DNA from: Macrostomum lignano
Lineage: Eukaryota
Direction of reading: 5' to 3'
NCBI GenBank assembly: GCA_002269645.1
Contig: NIVC01000522.1
Span: forward strand, 248,001-312,000
Length of the DNA: 64,000 bases
Of this stretch, positions 57,921 through 64,000 are shown in pieces. The translations under genes were made by a program, and so were the position numbers. The notes under the pieces were generated by a model. The model was given only the letters and a program-made list of their open reading frames with translations, was not told the DNA's origin and searched no databases. The stretch's first letter is position 1. Each line of letters starts with the position of its first letter.

Positions 57921-58339
57921 ATATCAAACATTGTAATTTTTTGTTTTCATATGCCTTTGCGTGTACTTTTACAAAATCAAATTCCTTGCATAGTCAGAAG
58001 ATCCTATGCATTCCTGTTACAAACAAATTAAAAAAAGATTATCACCCTCTCTGAAAGATTTCTCAGAATAATTTCAGATTCTTTCCAAGAAACTCCCCTA
58101 ACGCGAATACCGCGGTTTAAATGTAGAAAATTTCTCAATCCGTGATCATCTTGAGACAAAATTAGGTAGGCAGTCGAATTTATATTTTAGAGAGTATTTG
58201 AATAGATGCAAAATTTTTAAATTAAAAACATGGCTGGCTGTCATAATCAAGTTCTATGTGCCCTGTCTGTCTGTCGGATGAGAGACCTCTGCTAAAATAT
58301 GGCCGGGTTTTTAAGCTAAACTGTCGCTAATCACAAATC

Positions 58340-58705
58340 AATTCTGGCACCAAATGCGAATTCTGGCGTCAATTCAATTGAAGACTAATTCTGGCGCCAA
58401 TTGCAAACCAATTCTGGCGCCAATTGCAAACCAATTCTGGCGCCAATTGCAAACCAATTCTGGCACCAATTCAATTGAAGACCAATTCTGGCACCAATTG
58501 AAAACCAATTCTGGCGCCAATTGCAAACTAATTCTGGCGCCAACAATCAATCTTCGCGCTGATCGCAAAAAAATTGTCGCCAATTACAGTCAAATCTTAG
58601 CGCCAATCACAAACTGATTCTGGCGCCAATCGCAAAAAAAATTGATGCCAAATACATGTACTGTCAAATCTTGGCGCCAATCATAATCCGATTCTGGCGC
58701 CAATT
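58340..58705. repeat. AATTCTGGCGCCAATTGCAAACC minisatellite
   Basis: Direct. Confidence 0.9.
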
Positions 58706-59020
58706 CTAAAAAAAACCTTGGCTCCACTGAGGCTGCACTGAAGTTCCCCTGATTTGTCTGTCCCTTTCATGCAACAGTGGCAAATTTTCGAACCCTTCAG
58801 CCAATGAGAATTCGCCAAATCAGCTAATAAAATTCCCAACTCGCCGTCGATCTTGGTCCATGCGCGCCATTCCGTATAGAATTCCACAGAAGCCAGAAGT
58901 CCGCGTCCCTACCGATCTCAGTAGCCGAACAACTGATCAGCTTTTTAAAGCCGAAAAATTTGCTTTAGACAAGAATTTACAGAGCTGGCATCAGGCAATG
59001 CTTCATGGCAGTCGTTTGGA

Positions 59021-61809
59021 ATGTCTTTTAGAAGAGCAGCAGCAGCGGCAGCCGCGGCTTCAGGAAGTTTGAGCACCGGACTCAATTCGAGAGCTTCTGG
59101 TGAGTGATTTTTTGGCATGTGATTTCATGGAAAAATTTTGAAGGCTCAACTTTTTGAGATTATGATACTAGCATCTTCGGCCACCTTTGGCGCCACACAC
59201 ATTCTCAATTTTGGCGCCACACACATTCTCAATTTTGGCGCCACACACATTCTCAATTTTGGCGCCACACACCTCAATTTATGGCGCCAAACACATTCTC
59301 ATCTTTTAGCACCACGCGCTTTCTCAAAAATGGCGCCACACACATTCTCAATTTTGGCGCCACACAATTCTCAATTTTGGCGCCACATACATTCTCAATT
59401 TTGGCGCCACTCACATTCTCAACTTTTGGCGCCACATACATTCTCAATTTCATTCTCAACTTTTGGCGCCACGTGCTTTCTCAAAAATGGCGCCACACAC
59501 ATTCTCAACTTTTGGCGCCATAACACATTCTTGAGTTGGCGCCACACACATTTCGATGTAGCGCCACAATTTAGTGCTTGGCAAAATAGCGTAGATCATG
59601 CCGTGATAATTATCGTCGTTAAAAAGACATTCCATGATAAGCTGAATGCGAATATTGTCATCAAAATTGCCAGTTAAGATTTTAGTATATAGGATTGTAA
59701 CGCAGAAATCATGGATTTGAAAAAATTTAAATCGTTTTGCAGTACTTTTTTCGAGATTGAATCGAAGCTATAATAGTCAACTTATTTTTTTGCATTTTGT
59801 ACTTTTAAACTAACGCGAAACCGCCGGTCGCGTCAGGGGTTTGTAATTCCGCTAGTTGCAAGTTGTTATTCTGATATAAAACCAAATCCTCTCTGCACGA
59901 ATGCCATTCATCATTTTGGGATGAAACTGCAGTTGCACCCAAATTATCAGAACTGGCTGAGGTTGCATTCTGGGTGCAGCGGGAAAGTTTGAGGTCAATC
60001 ACAATTTGGCATTGATGACTGGCTACCAGTATTAGACATGAATAGTATAACAAATTTTTCCGGATTCGAATTAGCTTGGTTTCTAGGAAAATATTACGTA
60101 CTTTTAGGTTACTTTAAAAAATTAAATTGAGTGCAAATTAATTAAACTTTGAAACTAAAATTAAAACAAACTTTTTGCTAGTTCAAGCAATGATTACAGT
60201 ATATTTAATTATTCAATAAATAAAACTATTCGATAATGTTGTGGAAGCTCGAAAACTTCTAAAGAACTTAAGTCTTAAAAACTCTGAACTTCTAAACGTC
60301 TATTAAAACATTAAAATTCATTTGCTGAATCCAATTTTGCAAGAAAACTGTGAAACAAATCTTTTCTATCTGCTTTAATTTTACAGCAGCAGCAAGCGCT
60401 ATCATCTGCGATCTTATCCTCTGCCTCATCTTGAGCAGCGGCTCAGCTGGCATCGCCGTCAGCGCAGCGTCATCAGGTCAGTCATTGTAATTGTAATTTT
60501 TAACAGTTCTTTTGAGTCAGTTTTTTGTCTGAGTGACCAAAAGCTGCATTGAGGATAAATAATAGTCACGTGACTTTAAAATTACCATCGATAATCAATA
60601 AAGTCACGTGAATTTAAAATTACCATCGATAATCAAGTCACGTGACTTTCAAATTGCGATCGCTCATCAAGTCACGTGACTTTAAAAATTACGATCGCTA
60701 ATCAACTCACGTGACTTTCAAAAATTCAAATTACGATCGCTAATCAAGTCACTGACTTTGAAATTACGATCGATAATTAAGCTCTATGACCTTAAAATTG
60801 CGTCTTAAAAATTACGTTTAAAAAATGAGAACTTAGAAATCAAATTCTTTTAATAGAAATTAAAGTCAAGTAACGCAAAAATTTGTAAAACTCACGATTG
60901 AGACACGTGTGAATTAAAAATTCGATAATCAAGTCACGTGACTCGAGAAGTGTCAACTCAAGATCGATATTAACTTTGCCTCGTATGATTACGAGTTCAG
61001 ACGTCTGAGGTGAGGATTGAGTGAAGTGTTGTGGCTGGTTTTGTGGGTGGAAACTTCAACATGCTGCTAAGTTGCACATCAAAGGCCAGATCTGCGATCA
61101 TATAGCAGCCAGGTAATTTCCTGGCTGAGCGATAATTACTGGTCTAATTATTTTGCAAGCAAAAATCGGCAAAATCGAAAAGAACGTGAAAGCGTAAAAA
61201 ACTTTGCCCCAGCCAGTCAGCCGCAATAAAATTGGCAGCGCGCATTCCAGACACTCTGCCACCGCATTTCAGACACTCTGCCACCGCATTCCAGACACTC
61301 TGCCACCGCATTCCAGACACTCTGCCACCGCATTCCAGACACTCTGCCACCGCATTCCAGACACTCTGCCACCGCATTCCAGACACTCTGCCACCGCATT
61401 CCAGACACTCTGCCACCGCATTCCAGACACTCTGCCACCGCATTCCAGACACTCTGCCACCGCATTCCAGACACTCTGCCACCGCATTCCAGACACTCTG
61501 CCACCGCATTCCAGACACTCTGCCACCGCATTCCAGACACTCTGCCACCGCATTCCAGACACTCTGCCACCGCATTCCAGACACTCTGCCACCGCATTCC
61601 AGACACTCTGCCACCGCATTCCAGACACTCTGCCACCGCATTCCAGACACTCTGCCACCGCATTCCAGACACTCTGCCACCGCAGCCAGACCTGTGCGCC
61701 GCCTTCACAGCGGGAATCCGATTCTCGGGCGGGTATTTCGAGTTCAGGACGCCGAATTATGGTGGCTCGGGCTACCCGCGGGGCTGCGACTGCATCAAAG
61801 TGATCAAAG
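59021..61809 (+). CDS. 5' part of a signal-peptide and CUB-domain gene (Neto/SOL-1-like); exons 59021-59099, 60387-60476, (61072-61112 tentative), 61686-61809; continues beyond these exons
   Basis: Hydrophobic AIICDLILCLILSSG segment, then DLCAAF...FEFRTPNYGGSGYPRGCDCIKVIK, a CUB N-terminal pattern (C...F.[ST]PNY...YP....C). The small bridging exon is needed for phase and has a weak acceptor. Confidence 0.55.
59168..59694 (-). mobile_element. Mini Helitron-like element (527 bp) with an internal GGCGCC minisatellite
   Basis: Minus strand reads A|TCCTATATACTAAAA ... GCCA-AAGG-TGGC hairpin, CGAAGATGCTAG|T. The A/T junction is canonical and the termini match elements 1 and 2. Confidence 0.8.
60560..60790. 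repeat. About 35-bp degenerate repeat with an AGTCACGTGACT palindrome
   Basis: About 6 copies, plus one at about 60932. Confidence 0.8.
61240..61685. repeat. 22-bp near-perfect minisatellite (CCACCGCATTCCAGACACTCTG), about 20 copies
   Basis: Direct. It ends exactly at the CUB-exon acceptor. Confidence 0.97.
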
Positions 61810-61914
61810 GTGAGCTGCTGTCCCTGAGACTTTGCTTGTTTTTCTATGGTCAAGGCGCTTGCCAATTTTAAAACATGTACCGCTAAGCTCCCGAGTTCCG
61901 AACATAACAGCTCA

Positions 61915-62810
61915 TCCGGGGTCTCTCAGTGTCATCTGGGGTCACTCAGTGTCATCTGGGGTCACTCAGGGTCAGCTGGGGTCACTCAGTGTCATCTGGA
62001 GTCACTCAGTGTCATCTGGGGTCACTCAGTGTCATCTGTGGTCACTCAGGGTCAGCTGGGGTCACTCAGTGTCATCTGGGGTCACTCAGAGTCATCTGTG
62101 GTCACTCAGGGTCAGCTGGGGTCTCTCAGAGTCATCTGGGGTCTCTCAGTGTCATCTGGGGTCTCTCAGTGTCATCTGGGGTCTCTCAGGGTCATCTGTG
62201 GTCACACAGTGTCATCTGGGGTCTCTCAGTGTCATCTGTGGTCACTCAGGGTCAGCTGGGGTCTCTCAGTGTCATCTGTGGTCACTCAGGGTCAGCTGGG
62301 GTCACTCAGTGTCATCTGTGGTCATTCAGGGTCAGCTGGGGTCACTCAGTGTCATCTGGGGTCACTCAGTGTCATCTGGGGTCACTCAGTGTCATCTGGG
62401 TCACTCAGTGTCATCTGGGTCTCTCAGTGTCATCTGGGGTCACTCAGTGTCATCTAGGGTCTCTCAGTGTCATCTGGGGTCACTCAGTGTCATCCGGGGT
62501 CACTCAGTGTCATCCGGGGTCTCTCAGTGTCATCTGGGGTCACTCAGTGTCATCCGGGGTCACTCAGTGTCATCTGGGGTCACTCAGTGTCATCTGGGGT
62601 CACTCAGTGTCATCCGGGGTCACTCAGAGTCATCTGTGGTCACTCAGGATCAGCTGAGGTCACTCAGTGTCATCCGGGGTCACTCAGAGTCATCTGTGGT
62701 CACTCAGGGTCATCCTGGGTCACTCAGAGTCATCTGTGGTCACTCAGGGTCATCCTGGGTCACTCAGAGTCATCTGTGGTCACTCAGGGTCAGCTGGGGT
62801 CACTGAGGTT
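61915..62810. repeat. 20-bp minisatellite (GTCATCTGGGGTCACTCAGT)
   Basis: Direct. Confidence 0.96.
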
Positions 62811-63414
62811 ATCCGGGGCTATCTAAAGAGTCATTTGGGATTTATACCCAGGGTTATTTCAGATCATTCTGGGTGATGTAGCCACATCAGACCATCTGGG
62901 TGTCATTTCAGGGTCAGCTGGATGTCCTTCATATCAGATCATTTTTTCGTCCGAGTGGTTTTATTAGAATAATTTTTCTGGCTTCAAAAGTCATTCAGGT
63001 GTCCTTTTATTGATGCTTATGTAATTCTATAGAGGATGCATCAGCTTCCGATGCCTTGCAGGGCTTCGCTTGCCTGTCAATTATTAAAGAAGGTCAGTTA
63101 CAAAACCTGCGGAACGCTGTGGTTAGTTGCTATGCCGGCCTCCCAGTTAATAAAGTGCAGTTATGTGCTAAACCAATATTTTTTAGTTGTTGTTACAAAC
63201 AGGCTGCTTTACATTGTGGCCAAATGGATTTCAAGGTGGAACACAATTTCTGCCTGGAGCACAGCTGCACGAGATTCAGTTGCTGGGGAATTTTTCTGCA
63301 ACTTTTTGCCCATTAAGGCACCCGACACAGTGGGGCTTCATCGATTGCATTTTTGCTGTGCTTTGACTTGCTATGTATGGAAGGGAATTTGTAACTCTGT
63401 TATCATCACTGACT

Positions 63415-63945
63415 CTCTCTGACTCTCCGACTGACTTTCTCTGGCTCTCTCTGACTCTCTCTGACTCTCTCTGACTCTCTGACTGACTCTCCGATTGACT
63501 TTCTCTGACTCTCTCTGACTCTCTCTGACTCTCTCTGACTCTCTTACTGACTCTCTGACTCTCCGACTGACTTTCTCCGACTCTCTCTGACTCTCTGACT
63601 GACTCTCCGATTGACTTTCTCTGACTCTCTCTGACTCTCTCTAACTCTCTCTGACTCTCTTACTGACTCTCTGACTCTCCGACTGACTTTCTCTGACTCT
63701 CTCTGACTCTCTCTGACTCTCTCTGACTCTCTTACTGACTCTCTGACTCTCCGACTGACTTTCTCTGACTCTCTCTGACTCTCTGACTGACTCTCCGATT
63801 GACTTTCTCTGACTCTCTCTGACTCTCTGACTCTCTGACTCTCTGACTCTCTCTGACTCTCTCTGACTCTCTGACTGACTATCTCTGACTCTGACTGACT
63901 CTCTCTGACTCTGACTGACTCTCTCTGACTGACTCTCTCTGACTC
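63415..63945. repeat. CTCTCTGACT-type simple repeat
   Basis: Direct. Confidence 0.95.
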
Positions 63946-64000
63946 ATGGCTTTTTATTACTCAGGATATTTCTCAGGATCACTAGGAAACATTCAAGTCC

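Noticed and set aside
63290-63345. IKAPDTVGLHRLHF as the next CUB exon
   Set aside because: No AG gives the phase 1 required by the donor at 61810, and no further CUB motifs follow.
6870-63945. Regularly spaced repeats as CRISPR arrays
   Set aside because: Units are contiguous with no unique spacers, there are no cas genes, and the context is eukaryotic.

Overview
Eukaryotic (animal) genomic DNA with GT-AG introns, GC-rich exons in AT-rich surroundings and very many minisatellites. The style suggests a free-living flatworm such as Macrostomum; this is inferred, not shown. Genes reconstructed by hand: a small basic triple-repeat protein (+), an uncharacterised low-complexity ORF (-), Rab24 (-), a HIG1-domain protein (+), a multi-Tudor protein (+), WRAP53/TCAB1 (+), an intronless CPEB1/Orb-like gene (-), cathepsin O-like (+), G-protein gamma (-), a universal stress protein (+) and the 5' part of a CUB-domain gene (+). 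The 9-28 kb block is gene-free. It holds a near-intact DD34D mariner, non-autonomous Helitron-like elements carrying satellite arrays, a solo LTR and a local segmental duplication. The three most notable observations are: (1) a candidate HIG1-Tudor-WRAP53 operon whose 5' splice acceptors are all in frame for an AUG supplied by a spliced leader; (2) a Helitron family that carries and amplifies satellites, contains a tRNA-like module and forms a head-to-tail junction; (3) most large introns are each filled by a different minisatellite. No CRISPR, rRNA or true tRNA gene was found. All gene models are manual and unconfirmed by RNA data.
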